This document shows positions 1 to 12,600 of a stretch of DNA of 64,000 nt, one piece after another; within the stretch, counting starts at the first letter, position 1; every line of letters begins with the position of its first letter. Position numbers and translations under genes: made by a program. The notes beneath the pieces are model-generated. The model was not told where the DNA came from, searched no databases, and was given only the letters and a program-made list of their open reading frames with translations. Source of the stretch: Acanthaster planci (lineage: Eukaryota); NCBI RefSeq assembly GCF_001949145.1, contig NW_019091356.1, positions 3,578,934 through 3,642,933 of the forward strand, given 5' to 3'.

Positions 1-29
1 AATACTGCTACTCGCACAGTGCAGGTTGC

Positions 30-152
30 GTCCGAGCCGACTGGCTGAGGCTGGAAATGACAGGTGATCCCATGATAAGCCACTACCATGTGGCTGCTGC
101 CACTTTCCATTGACACATGTGCAACTGTTAGCCACAGCCAGTTGGCTCGGAC
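30..152. mobile_element. Short inverted-repeat (MITE-like) element
   Basis: 30-52 GTCCGAGCCGACTGGCTGAGGCT versus reverse complement of 130-152 GTCCGAGCCAACTGGCTGTGGCT. A related terminus occurs near 16611. Confidence 0.6.
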
Positions 153-797
153 ACCGTCTTTCAAACCCTACAATGAAGGCTCAGAAACAGCTTACACGAG
201 TAATACAATAATGACAAATGGACTGATATGGATGATGTGATTGGGGAGCTGCCTCGAGGGAACTGCTCAAACATTGCCAGAAAAGACGCAAAGCGACGAC
301 GCAAGCTAATCCTAAACAGCATTTCTAACAAATCTTCTAGAATGCCAGAGAGGGAACTCAACAAATTGAGAGCGATATTTCTACGTGGCTTCACAAACGG
401 TCAATGAACTGCACAAAGTCTGCAGAGCGAAAACAGCAGCAGACCGAAAGCGTGAAACAAAAGACAGATAAAACGCACAATAAAACGGCGTGAAGGTACA
501 CCGAATTACAACTACAGGAAAAGTGGCAGGGGTACGAAAAAGGTAAGTAACGGGTATGCTTGTGGTAAAGACAGGGGGGTAAAGGGAGTGGNNNNNNNNN
601 NNNNNNNNNNGGGGGGGGGGGGGACAGGTGCAAGCAAAGGGTAGAAGGGGGAAAAGGGGTCGGGGAATGTTGGGGTCAGGATAGGGCTGGCTGTTTGAGA
701 CGGAGCCAAGACAAAAGTCAAGGTGGGTTAGGGGTTGGGTAAGGGACGGGTTGCAGGAAGCGGGTGTGGCAAGGGAGGGTGGAGCAGGTCAACTAAC

Positions 798-909
798 CTC
801 ATTAGTCTCTGTGCGACGGCACCGCCTCCCAACAGGCTCATGGAGTTGGCCTCGTGGAGGGGCATGCCGCCCATCATGGGTGGGGGCACACCGGCGGGCA
901 TGATGGTTC
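798..909 (-). CDS. HDAC4: HDAC exon: GTIMPAGVPPPMMGGMPLHEANSMSLLGGGAVAQRLM
   Basis: Acceptor cccag|GA (phase 1) and donor GAG|GTTAGT (phase 2). GC-rich open frame. Confidence 0.72.
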
Positions 910-1477
910 CTGGGATTCGGGGGAGGGGGAAGGAACGGCGGGAGGTAAGAATCAAACAAGATAACACCCACAACCTCTAAGTAGATAATGAAACTTAACC
1001 ACGTGGTGGTTGGAGACACTCTGGAGTCAAAAAGTAGAAAATCTGGAACGGCACCCCTTACTGATTTGCAACTGAATGAGCACAGAAGTGAAATTGCTGT
1101 ACTTTAGTTAAATCCCTGACTAGTCCATCACAAATTCATCATAATTCATCCAATGGCAAAGTCACAAGCCTATTCAAGTGAAATGCGCCACTGATATTCT
1201 TAAATCATTGTTCATTCCCACCCTCTTGTGACAAGACTTAACATATGACTGGTGATTTGGCTTCTGTTTTGACATAAACCTACTTTCGCAGTACTATGAA
1301 ACTGTAGCATGAACCAGTTAGATATTCAAGAGGAATGTCCATGACTGTGAATGAAAAACAGCATCCTCCGTAAACCTTGATTGCTTCCGATTTCCAGTCA
1401 TGATTACTCTGCAAGAGCTTACAGAGCTGTGGCTAACTCCTTTCTAACCACCATCCACCCCCCCGACAGAAGCCTAC

Positions 1478-1580
1478 CTGGCTGCGCAGCAGGTATGAAG
1501 GCAGGGGCTATGACCGGTCCCCCGGGTAGGGGGTTCTTCATACGCATCGCGTCGTTCATCGGTGGCTTGCTCGCAGTTTG
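1478..1580 (-). CDS. HDAC4: HDAC exon: QTASKPPMNDAMRMKNPLPGGPVIAPAFIPAAQP
   Basis: Long polypyrimidine tract + tgcag acceptor; donor CCAG|GTAGGC. Phase 0 in and 1 out fits neighbours. Sequence is low-conservation. Confidence 0.75.
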
Positions 1581-3185
1581 CTGCAACGAGAAGGGGAGGG
1601 GAGAGAAAAACGCACTTAAGACTAAGGGGGGACTTTCCCACACAGTCAGGATTCCTGATTGGTCCAGGGGATTACTGCAGGTCCTGGGCACTTTCAGGGC
1701 GAGGTGAATTTACCGACAAGAGCAAATCCCTAGGCTTCAGAAACCGACTGGTTTTGCTTGGCACCTTGGACAAAAACTGAGGCTGGGCACCTTCATTTGG
1801 TTGTGGAATGCCAATCGTGCATTTAATTCTCAGCTTTGATCCAGATAATGACACTCACTGAATATTTCAAATGGGACAAATCTTGGATCCGAAGACTTCC
1901 ATAATGTAAGGTTACTGGACTTAAACCTCATCAATACTGCTGAAAACTCAGGCTTCTTGGAGTCGGGGTAACAGACTACAATGACCTTCAAACTCAAATG
2001 CAATACAAGATGCCATGCAGATTGAAAAGATACATGCCACAAGCTTTCCGGGGGGGGGGAGGTGTGTTAACCATGCAAGAATACCAAGGGATCCACAAGG
2101 CGGACAAGCCGTAGGCTCATGCATATCACCAGAACGGGAGGTTTTGTACTTGTTCACTGATGTCTTCGAATCGAGACATGGCACCAAGGGATCGGCAGGA
2201 CCGCACCCTATAACGCCGACACTGGGCACGCAGGATTTTCTTCTACACGAGACAGAAGGACAGTCACTATGAATGAAGGGGCAAATGGGAAGGGGGGGAG
2301 GGGGGAAGTCGGGTGAGGATGAAGACCAAAGATGGAACCAAAGGGAGTGACTGCTCTAGATCAGGTTAAAGATTGATGCTCAGAATGTACAGCAAGGGAA
2401 GCAAAATCAACTGACCGTTGAACACTGTTTAAAATACCAACTCAACATGAAAAACCATTTAGTCCACACTAACATTAAGTACTTGCCCAAGCATTACAGC
2501 AATGGACTAGCACAGAAGGACTTGGTTGGGTTTTGTTAACAAAAGTACAGCGGTACAAAGTCAGAAATAAAGGTTAAAGGATTCCAAAACACAACTGCTA
2601 CTTGACCAATATACTTAACCCGTGACCTCATGCACCCATCACTTACTCGTAGAGTCAACCGGACTAAAATTTGGCCCAAGCGGTGGCTTCCAATCACGGG
2701 CAAGTTCCAGGAAGGACTATAGTTTGACTAACAACGCCCCAACCATGGATGGCTGGGACTATCTAGTTGACCAATTTGGACAAGGCCCTAGGGCATGGCT
2801 GCACTGCTGGTTATCAATAGCCTATTTCATAAATCATTACAGAGGGAACCATTCACATGATAAAACATTGTATGACATTTTAATGACCACGTGCACTGCA
2901 AGAATCACAGCGAACAGTGAAATGCGAGTAAAGATAGTAAAGACGAGATTTTAAAAAAGGCCGACGAGGGTCGTTCGAGTGTGACTGACTTGCACCTGGG
3001 CATTGTTAAAAAGCAACTGACTACCGGTCGAACTATAGTTCGTGCCCAAACTTGCCTCACTGGTCCAGGCTAAGCCTAGACTATCCAGGACAAAGAAAGT
3101 TTGCAGAGGGGGGGGGGGGGGGAAGGGAGGGGAGGGTTGGGGTTAGACCCGTGATTCAGGGGGTTCCCCCGACGACAACACCTAC

Positions 3186-3326
3186 CATCTGCGGTGAGTG
3201 CTGGGAGGAGCCAGCAGGCGGCGGCAGGCCCAGGGAGATGTTGGGCAGGGACGGTGAGGTGTAGAGGTTGACATCGCTGCTGCTGCTACTGTACATGCGC
3301 TTCAGCAACAGGTAGCTGTTCACGTC
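3186..3326 (-). CDS. HDAC4: HDAC exon: DVNSYLLLKRMYSSSSSDVNLYTSPSLPNISLGLPPPAGSSQHSPQM
   Basis: Acceptor cctcag|GAC and donor ATG|GTAGGT. Contains the class IIa motif LYTSPSLPNI(S/T)LGLP. Confidence 0.95.
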
Positions 3327-3643
3327 CTGAGGTGCAAGGGGTAACAGAGAGAGAGGGGAAAAAGACCGGTCAGACAAGCGCGGCTCCTCCAACGACCATG
3401 CGTTCACGGACACCTCTCCCCCATTGAGGTCCTTGGCAAATCTCAAACCTGGGCAATCGGTTTGCGCCCAGACCAAATTTTTTATATGACTGCTAAGCAG
3501 GAAACACAGCTAAGCACGTTTGTACGCTGTGAACATGTCAAGCAATGGCTTATTACGCGATGTTCCGCTCAGCAACATATTCACTTGCTTTGGCTTAACA
3601 GTTCCTCATCCTCATCAAGATCTTACTTGGACTAGGGACCGAG

Positions 3644-3881
3644 GCCGTTTTCCAATACTCAATTTGGGCTCCGTCTCAGGCTTCAACTGTTTTTTACTTC
3701 CTGACTTTGAGGTTGTAAGCGCAACAGTAACTCTGATAGTGCCACAGAACATCAAGTCAGATGCGAAAGAGCCAAACATTACAGTACGTCAATTTAAGTT
3801 AGATGCTTCAGACCCACAATCAGGGATTGGCTTCCTACACGTAGCCTGAGATGGAGACGAAGTTGAGTATTGGAAAACGGC
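3644..3881. mobile_element. MITE-like element with ~39-bp terminal inverted repeats
   Basis: GCCGTTTTCCAATACTCAATTTGGGCTCCGTCTCAGGCT (3644-3682) versus reverse complement of 3843-3881 GCCGTTTTCCAATACTCAACTTCGTCTCCATCTCAGGCT. Confidence 0.7.
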
Positions 3882-6199
3882 TTAAGTTGCTTAATACAGA
3901 AAATAGCTACATGTACTCGTTGTGACAGGTTACCGGCTAGAATATTGCACAATGCACATTACTCATGACTGGTTCTCATATGATGATGATCTAAGGCATA
4001 GTTCCATGTTTAACAACCTCACAAGAATAGGCCGAGAGCCAGATGAATCGGCCAAAAAAACCCACGCAATTTTGGCCTTGTGACAAACACTTACACAGCA
4101 GAAAAATTTAATCTGCAACCTCCTTTTATGAACCCTAGCCCTGCCTTTACCAACTAGAAAAATAAAGCAGTCACAGTATTTGTTCCAAGATACAAATGAA
4201 AATAGAACCCCCCTCAGCTAACACTAGGCTGAGTTGTTTTTCCAACCAAATGGCACTCTGAGAAATCCATGCTTGAACAGTTAGGGCACGTACTATGTAC
4301 TTCGTTCAAAAAAAAAACTGGCCCACCAGTGCACCTACATGTACTTAACCTGTTTCACACTTCAGACACAACATCTCCGTTTGGGAAGGTCACTTTCATT
4401 TATTTTCTACAAATTTTTATTTTTTTTAATTTCCTCTCATTACTTTTTACACATAGATTCCAAACAATCCAAAGTACAACGCATGCCGACCAGGTGCAAT
4501 CAACCATTTTTTTTCCATTCTCAAGACACATCTGACGATGCTCACAAACAGTGCACCACATTCCATTCACATGTCCCGGCAAAAAAAACAAAAAAAAACA
4601 ACACCCCACCTGGGGGGCCCACAACTGAAATGCAAAGCAGTTGTTTGTGCATCACTGCTCAACAGGTCCATGTGCAGCCGCTGTGTGTCTACAAGCGCAG
4701 GGTGTGGTCATAAGACTTGTTTTTGAAGCCCTACAATGTGAAATCCTTCAGCATATCTTACAGATAATGACGAAGCTTCATGCTGGGGAAGCCTGTCCAA
4801 GTGACTCAATTCCACCCGCGTGCATCGCGCGCTTCGGAAAACAAAGGGGGGAGGGGATAGGCAGGTGAAAGCCACACCAAGATGCTCTCCTTGTTTTCGA
4901 TTCTTCTAAGATTTCAGGCCAGGCTGACAATTGATTCCAGCCCATCAGCACGATACCATCCACATTCCTCATAAATCCCCCCTCTTCCACTCCCAGAGGA
5001 GGTCCTGTGACATGCTGTGACCAATCTCGGCAGCTCTATGAGGCCCTAGTAAGTCGGTGCTCTTACAGGAAGCCGGTCTAATGAGGAAACCAGCAAATTA
5101 TGTGTTGTACATATCACAGGATGCGCAGTAGCCGGTGAGCCTAGCAGGGAATGCCCAATCTGGTCTACCAGATAGCTACACGATTTTTTTCCAGAGCTCC
5201 GTGACCATTTTTTATACCATGCAGCTCATTTTCTTCCGGCAATTTTTCCCAGAAGAAAATTGACCGCTTCCAATGCCTTGCACACTACAAACTTAAGATA
5301 CAAATTAATGAAAAGGTGTCAGCAGAGACCAAAAAAATGACAGTAAAATAGCCTGTCAAAAGAATACTTTCTATTGGTACAACGTTTGTAGAGCTATAAA
5401 ACTAAACATGCTGTTATCTTTTTGAAACAGAACAGAGACAGTGGTAGACCCTTTGGCCAACTAATCCCCAACGGAGAGGAGGACAATAATATTGTGACAT
5501 GGAAATTGGCCAAAAAACTGTCACCTTCAATAAGACTCATATTACACATTTGGCTGACAACCAAAGCAGAAATTGTATTTTGAATCCCTTTGTGTGGGGG
5601 GGGGGGACCAGTGCACCTGTTTGTTGTTTTTTCCTTCTCTACATGACAAATTGTTTTTCCCTTCAACTTGTACACACGCACGTTTCCTTCAATATTTCCA
5701 TGTATGCTTGAGGGACTTTTATGCGAGTAAGCCTTTCTGGGAAGGCTTGGCTCAGTTCCAAAAAAGCTATCACCCAAAACTGGAAACAACAAACTCCAAC
5801 TTAACAATTGGGCCTGGGAGGCCCAATGAACCAGGCCATCAGGTTAAACAAGAAAAGGGCAAAGTAAAGTCTCGATGGGTCAGAGTTCAAGTCCTTTATC
5901 CCCATGCAGAGAGACATGCATGCAATCAAAGGTCACGTGCTCAATACTGCATCATGCGTGCACCAGATTCAATGCAAAATTTGAATTTTTTGTGCAAAAT
6001 GTGACGGGCTCAAACAAACAAGTCGCTAACATGCCACTGCTGTCCCACAAATGAGTCACTCAATATCACTATCCACAAAGTACAGGAGTCGACAATCAAG
6101 TTTGCTTGGACCAAAATCGCAGCCTTTTCAGGTAAGGTTAGGTTAGGTTAGGTCAGATGTCCCGTCTCCCTTTCACAGAAACCCTTTTATCTTACACGG

Positions 6200-6552
6200 T
6201 CTGGTATTTCTGAGAATAAGATTGATTTGGTGTCTCCCCACCAACCCTCCAGGCGACGAAGATCCTCCGACTCTTCACTGCTTGTTGTTCCCAAAACACA
6301 TCCTTCTTGGGGGGATCGATCTTTTTCCCACACAGGTCCACAACTTTGGAATGAGCTTCCCATTGACATTCCTGCCCTTTCAGCCGTTACCGATTTTAAA
6401 GTGGCTCTCAATCCCCAACACTTTCAGTATGCATATTGTTGATTTATATTTTCCTGAATTATTATTTTGTTCTTTGTACTGCATCATGAGCGTCAGTTTT
6501 TGGCGGATACCGACGCATTCTAAGTGTTCTGTATTATTATTATTATTATTAA
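6200..6552 (+). mobile_element. 3' end of an L2/CR1-group LINE (5'-truncated)
   Basis: Translation P.R..RSSDSSLLVVPKT...WGDRSFSHTGPQLWNELP.......FK is the typical L2-clade ORF2 C-terminus. It is followed by a short 3' UTR and a (TAT)n tail at ~6532-6550. Confidence 0.8.
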
Positions 6553-6844
6553 TTTTCCAATTTTGCATGATCTCTACAACGACGACTGAATTAATGGTGC
6601 ATGCGAACTGCTGCCTTCTCAGTAGTGGCAATAGCGGACACAACATTGAAGAGAAAACAGCTTTGAAGGTAAGCACAGACTATTGAAACAGGGCCAAAAA
6701 AAGGTAAAAATTTAGTTTAACTACACTCAATATGTTCCTAGTACCTACGTCCTGCTTTTCCATCCAGGGTTTTCCCAATTGTAACTTGCGACAGTGGTGA
6801 GAATAGACTGATGGCCAAAATGTTACGACTTTGAGGGACCTTAC

Positions 6845-6945
6845 CTCCGGCATGGCAGCCGCAGCCAATCCGTTAGCTCCATCTCCTGCACTGAGGGGAG
6901 AGCTGGGACCCGATCCGGGAGTACTACTTGAGGGTGAGGTGTCCA
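6845..6945 (-). CDS. HDAC4: HDAC exon: VDTSPSSSTPGSGPSSPLSAGDGANGLAAAAMPE (alternative in-frame acceptor at 6990)
   Basis: Acceptor cccacag|TG and donor GAG|GTAAGG. Conserved PGSGPSSP motif. Confidence 0.9.
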
Positions 6946-7345
6946 CTGTGGGCACAAGGGGAAATTTAGTGGCCACATTGGTATGGTTCCCTGAAGACAA
7001 GACACAAACTTGCTCTTTCGAGACAGTGAAGAACCAGCTTGGTCATTAAGCCATAAAAAGCATTTTGGTCAATGGCTCTGGTTTCTTTAATTTCTTATTC
7101 ACTGTTAACAGCACAGAGCCATGGTCATTATTTTCCAAATTTGGACTCCTACCAAAGAAAAAAGAATTTTCTTCAATGTGACTACCGCTAAAGGCTTTCG
7201 TCAAAATAGTTTGCCTCTTTTAAAGTGTAGGTAATAAACATTTACTTTACTACATTGCTAATCTCTGCACAGCTTCAAGACTGTTCCATAGAAAGAGCTC
7301 TTCATTTTTCTCATTTTTTCCCTCGACAACAAACCCGCAGCGGAC

Positions 7346-7471
7346 CTGTTAATGGCTTCCTCTTGAGGCTTCCGGGCCCGTCTCGTCTTCGTGGGAGGGG
7401 GCTGCCGTGACTCCGCCTCTCTGTCACTTTCTCCTTCAGGCGAGAGCGCACCTTCAGGTTGGAGTCCGAGG
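7346..7471 (-). CDS. HDAC4: HDAC exon: [42 protein letters not shown] (14-3-3 serine, NLS)
   Basis: Acceptor cctag|CC and donor ACAG|GTCCGC (weaker). Strong similarity to the class IIa NLS region. Confidence 0.93.
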
Positions 7472-9321
7472 CTAGGCACAAACAGGAAGACGGAGATGGA
7501 AAAAACACGTCCAATTTTTACTTTGGTGACTGGTCAGCGGCTCCATGGATAAAACCAGGGAAAGCTGCTGTCAACAGGGTTTTCCCCCCAAAGCTGGCTT
7601 TTTTTCTCATATCATGAGGCCTAAATTTGATACGTTTAGTCTCTAGAGTTTAACCTCTGCGGCCGCTCCATTTTCTTGCGCAAAAAAATTTCAGATGTCT
7701 AGCATGAGGTCAAGCTTCAGAGAAATTTCCACTTGGTTCCAACGGTAAACAGAACCTGAGATGAAGCTGAATCTTGAAGAAGAGCAATGACGCAGAAAAG
7801 GACAAGGAAAGCCACTTTCCAGATAACTACCGGTAGTTCGTGCAATGACTCTTCATGTGCAATAACAGTGCACGTGAACCAAGCGAAGCATATGTACAAA
7901 CTCTCTCCGAGATGGACTTGTTCCCATTTCGTTCCTTCTAAAACCCAGAATACGCATGTAATGGAGGGAACAGGAACTAGTCTGTTTACTGGATCTTGTT
8001 TAGCAAAACATTCCCTGCACAGATGTCCCCTTCTCCCCCCTCCCCCCGGGAAATGGGCAGAGAGGGGTTGGGGTGGTAATAAATGCCACTTGCTGTTACT
8101 ATTGTGTAGTCCGTGCCAAATGTGAACAAATGAGCACACACACAGCAAAGGCAGTTTGTCACCCTGGGGGAGAGATTTACTGCTCGGTACAAAAACCTCC
8201 CTTTCTTGTTAACAAAGCCTTTGCCCAAGTGTACCGATTCTACAGCGTCACTGAACAACTGAAAGGCACTCCAATTTGTTAACGTCACATTTCCTTCCTA
8301 AAGCTCCCATTGTTAACATGGGTTGATAACGTATTGGGTTTTTTCGGGCCGCTCAACCGCAAACTCTGAACTGGAGAGTATCAGAATTTCCATTTCTGCT
8401 TTTCAGGCGGTAAGGCTGTGACTGCCAAACCACTCTCTGTATTTGATTTAAAAGGTTACGCGCCACAAATGATGTCACCGACATCAAGAGTAACATCCTG
8501 GATTCTTTGGGTCAACGCCCGTAGGCACACTTGCCTTCAAATAGTTCATGACAGCCCTGCGCACCTACAGCTCAGTCGGGCGAGACCGAAACACCATTCA
8601 CCTACCTCCACTGAACTTAAAATTCTGCAATCGCCACATTAGTTACAACTAGTTACTGCGTAACTAATTGCTGTTCTGGCACTTGCCAAAAAAAATTCTA
8701 TGGTATCGCTCTGGTAGTCAACGCTTACAGCACTGTTCAAAGTCCAATGGAAAAATGGGTGGGTGCAGTCACCATGACCGATTGTTGACCCGTCTGGCGC
8801 CCATGTTTCTAAAAATAGACCCTCCACCTCTTCAGCAATGAATAGGGAGGAACTGACTTGTATGAAGCAGCACTTATGTAGATGAAAAAACTGCAATTAC
8901 ATTCGGATCCTGATAAAATGGATTAAAAAGAATTGGGGGGGGGGAAGTAAGTATTCTGGATAGGATGCATTGGAAAGTAGCAGCAGTGTGGTTGCGACAA
9001 GTGTCGGGATACTCCATGTGACCACAAGAGATGGCACCTGCTTCTTCTTTTTTTCTCTCTCTCGCTCAATTTCTATTGCCAAAAAGTCTCCTTGAAAATC
9101 CCAAAACCCTCAGTGCTGGAGAGAATGGGCCATTTCCCGAGCGGCGACCCCCCCCCAAAAAAATACAGACAATGTTGTTTCTGCTCCATGAGACAACTTC
9201 ACTTTGCCGAGAAATCCGACTGCGACAAAATTCTTCTCCGTCTCACTCTGTTTGTCAACAGAGACGGCGAGGGCGCAGATGCAGGAGCGTGTGGGGTGGG
9301 GCAATACTCGGGCCAACTCAC

Positions 9322-9573
9322 CAGTCTTTCGTAGCGGGAAGTTACTGTCGTACTGGCCAAACATGGGCTGGTAGTGGGCGGAGATGTTGTGGGGCGGGGA
9401 GTGGTGGTCCACGGAGCCGTGGGGGCTGCGGTTGGCCATGGACCACTGGCGGTAGGCCTGGGGCGGGGAGTGGTTGTGGCTGGCCCCCCCGCTGGCCGCC
9501 AGCTCGCTGCGCTGCTTGCGGTCCAATAGGAACTTGTGCAGCTTCTCCTTCACCTCCTCGGAAGGGTTTGCAC
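9322..9573 (-). CDS. HDAC4: HDAC exon: MEF2-binding segment ANPSEEVKEKLHKFLLDRK ... DSNFPLRKT
   Basis: Acceptor ccgaag|GT and donor CTG|GTGAGT. 252 nt, phase 1-1. Contains the MEF2-binding helix and FPLRKT motif. Confidence 0.95.
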
Positions 9574-10149
9574 CTTCGGAGATGAGATTCATAAAAAACA
9601 GTTTAAAGAAGTTGACACTATGGTACTTAACTCGAAAATAACCTGAAGATTGCTGCCTGAAAACGAGCAAGCTTTGATAAGACTCAAACATGTTCTAGCC
9701 ATGTAATACAACTTTTGGGGGAGACTTTTTGCTGTTATATTATCTGGAGGACAACTGACACGTGACCCGACGATTCCTTTATTTATAGCCCACTACAATC
9801 AGCTCATAAGAACAACACTGATGTTAGACACTGTGTACTGATTCGGGGGAGGTTATTAACACCAACCCCCTCGGGTGTATGTAAAATTCACATTGAAATT
9901 GGAGGATTTGGGACTGTTAGGGCTGTAAGAAAAATGATCTTCCTGAAAGTGGATACTGCCAGAATTTGACACCAGTAATTCAATTATTTCTTGATATCAA
10001 GTCCCTTGTGAGGTTGCGGGGTTGCAGTCAACAGTAACACCATGCAAAACCGGATTGTACATTTTTGAGAAGTCCGCAAGCTCAGTAAGAACGCATCATT
10101 CCACAGAGCGGCGGAGAGAAATTGGAACAATTTACCCACAATAGAAATA

Positions 10150-10560
10150 GTGACTTAAACCTGCTCAAAAAATTGTTCCGACTAAGATGCGTCAAGGAAC
10201 GATGAGCAGGGCGGAATTAAGTCACCTTTTCAAAATACAACCCTACCCTTCCAGAAAGCCTATTGCCCGTTGAGTCAACAACTCGCGCTTGAATGTCACA
10301 ATTCGTATTCAGAGAATAATGATATGTAGATCTTCTTTGCGAAGAACCTCTTGTCTGAATTGGTAAACATGTTGGGCAAGCAGCTACATACCTGTACACG
10401 GGTCAAATTAAGCAATGACATCTTCTCTGCCGTGCAAGAGAACATGTTCCATTGATGTGTAAATGTTCCATGCACCCAATTACAATACTTCAGGCTTAAC
10501 AACACTACAAAGCTATTCCTGAAGTAAAGAGCCATTCGCAGAGGTCTTTTTAATATTTCC
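10150..10560 (-). mobile_element. Highly degenerate CR1-like LINE fragment
   Basis: Broken frames resembling RT C-terminal motifs (Y..SFV...LKYC.WV; L.RVQ; RRS.YHYSL). Boundaries are approximate. Confidence 0.3.
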
Positions 10561-12074
10561 GACCAAGAAGGAAAAAAAACCACCTGCATCGACACAAATA
10601 AAGCTACTTTTCTCTGAACTTATTTCATAAGAGCAATCACGTATGACCTGCAAGAAAAAAAAAAGAGCTGTTTTTCTGCAGGCGGACAATTGTTGGAAAA
10701 ACATCTAACCTCCTACTTCCCTAAACGGAAGCTGACCAGCAGCAAGTTTCAGAAACTAATCAAAGATTCTTTTTCTTTCTTTCATTCACAATAATCAGCT
10801 CTAAACTTAGCCACCAGTCGGGGGTAATTACAGCTTTCCTGTGATTAGTGCAAGGCTGCGGCTGGCAGAATATAAACCTTATTCCACTGAGAGAGAAAAA
10901 AAAAGACGGGATTAACAAGAAAAAAAAAAGGTCCCAAAAATAAAACTGCTGATGATAGCATCCAACTTTGCCGAGGGGAAAACATAATGAGGGCGTCAGA
11001 TATACGGAAGGGATCTAAATATACGCACAAGCAGGATGGAATTAAAAAAAGGAACGGGAAAAAAGAAGAAATGGGTCTCAAAGGACTAAAGGACAACGCT
11101 GATGGAAGACGGTCTGATTTAGGTAAATGGAGAAGGGAGTACATGATTTTACTCGCTCTGAGCACTTAGAGCCAATCAGTTTTACGTGGGTGGAATAAGA
11201 TGAGCCGCGAGCGGCAAAAATCAATGCCGAAATTGGAGCCAAGGTTAGTTTGACATTCAAGAGAAGTGAAATAGTTACGGCTGTAAGGAGCAAAAACAAC
11301 CCCCAAGGAATGAGGCAAGACTAAAACGAGCTCCTTGCTCCTTGTAAGTAGGAAAAACTCTGAACTAAGGCATACCGTCTGTGACACATCAAGATGTCTG
11401 AGGTGAAACTAAACCCACTCCAAATACACAAAAGACTACGGAAACAAAGCATCTGGCTCTGACCTTTTCTTCAAAGTGTATTGCCGGAAGCAACTTTTCA
11501 CTTACACGTGGTGATAATTTACATCCTCGCTATGTTCTTGCTCTGTTGCAAATGAATCCATGTCAACACAGTATCTCATCGTGCAACACAATTTCTGGTT
11601 TGACGGCACGGCATTAGCATGTTAGATAGAAATACATATATTTGACCAGTGCTTTGTGGCAAAGCACAGGACGGACTAAGGTATAACTCTTGACCCAAAC
11701 ACTGAGGGCAATCTTCGCTCGTTACACAAGCGGGGGTAAAAACTAATTGGTGCGAAAATAACAGCACCAGGGTTTTAAGGTGCTGAATGGAATTTGCATT
11801 AAACAAAAAACAAAAAAACTACGTGCCAATTTGTGGAATTGTTTGGCACAGAAAAAAATTTGCTCAGCACAGATCATGCATGCTTAGCACCAGTTACGAG
11901 CTAAAATGTCATGTGAGATACACTGGCCTGTGCCTGGCTCCCTGCCGATTTTGGCCAAGCGCCTACATTCCCCAAGTAACATTTTCTCCTAGGCAGGTCT
12001 GAGGAACCCGGCCCTAAGTGGCATTTGCCAGATACTGCGCGCGTTTCTCAACTGAAAAGGGGAAGCGAACTTAC

Positions 12075-12201
12075 TGGGCTTGTCCTTCTTGGCCAGCAGC
12101 TGTTTCAGGTGCTGCTGTTTCTGCTTCTGCGCCTCCAACTGCTGCTGCTGCTGCTGTTGCTGCTGCTGCGCCAGGATCATGCGGTCGTGCTGGATTTGCT
12201 G
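12075..12201 (-). CDS. HDAC4: HDAC exon: QQIQHDRMILAQ(10)LEAQKQKQQHLKQLLAKKDKP
   Basis: Acceptor ccacag|CAG and donor CCCA|GTAAGT. Phase 0 in and 1 out, matching neighbours. Confidence 0.9.
12139..12168 (-). repeat. Coding CAG repeat (Q10)
   Basis: ctg repeats on the + strand with one ttg interruption, inside the 12075-12201 exon. Confidence 0.85.
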
Positions 12202-12600
12202 CTGTGGTGCAAATTGGACAAGGGGAAACTGTAAGACATAAACGTGTCAGAGGGGAAGGTTAAAGAGGAGATCAAGAGGAGGAAGGCACAAGAAAAGGTT
12301 AGAAACGGAAGATTTCATCAGTCGCGGGCAAATGTCTGTGGCTGTACGCTGCTGTTTGTGGACATGGAGATGTAGATGGAATTAACAATCCTACTGCCTC
12401 GTCTGTTCACTAAATACAAGCCTCTAACCACTGAGGGTTCCATTCTTCCAAACAGTGGTGGCAAAAGTGATAAAATAAAGGCTAACTAATCCGAGTAAGG
12501 ACTCCAGCTGACAAATTTTTAAGTCAAAGTTTCAGGTAACTGTACTTTTCTCAAACTGCGGTGATAAATACGAATTTTTACAGTTTGCCAAAATGGTGAC

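Noticed and set aside
6130..6153. (TTAGG)n telomere-like repeat
   Set aside because: Only ~4 units; an ordinary microsatellite near a LINE fragment.
9031..9585. 184-aa plus-strand ORF
   Set aside because: Antisense shadow of the GC-rich HDAC exon.
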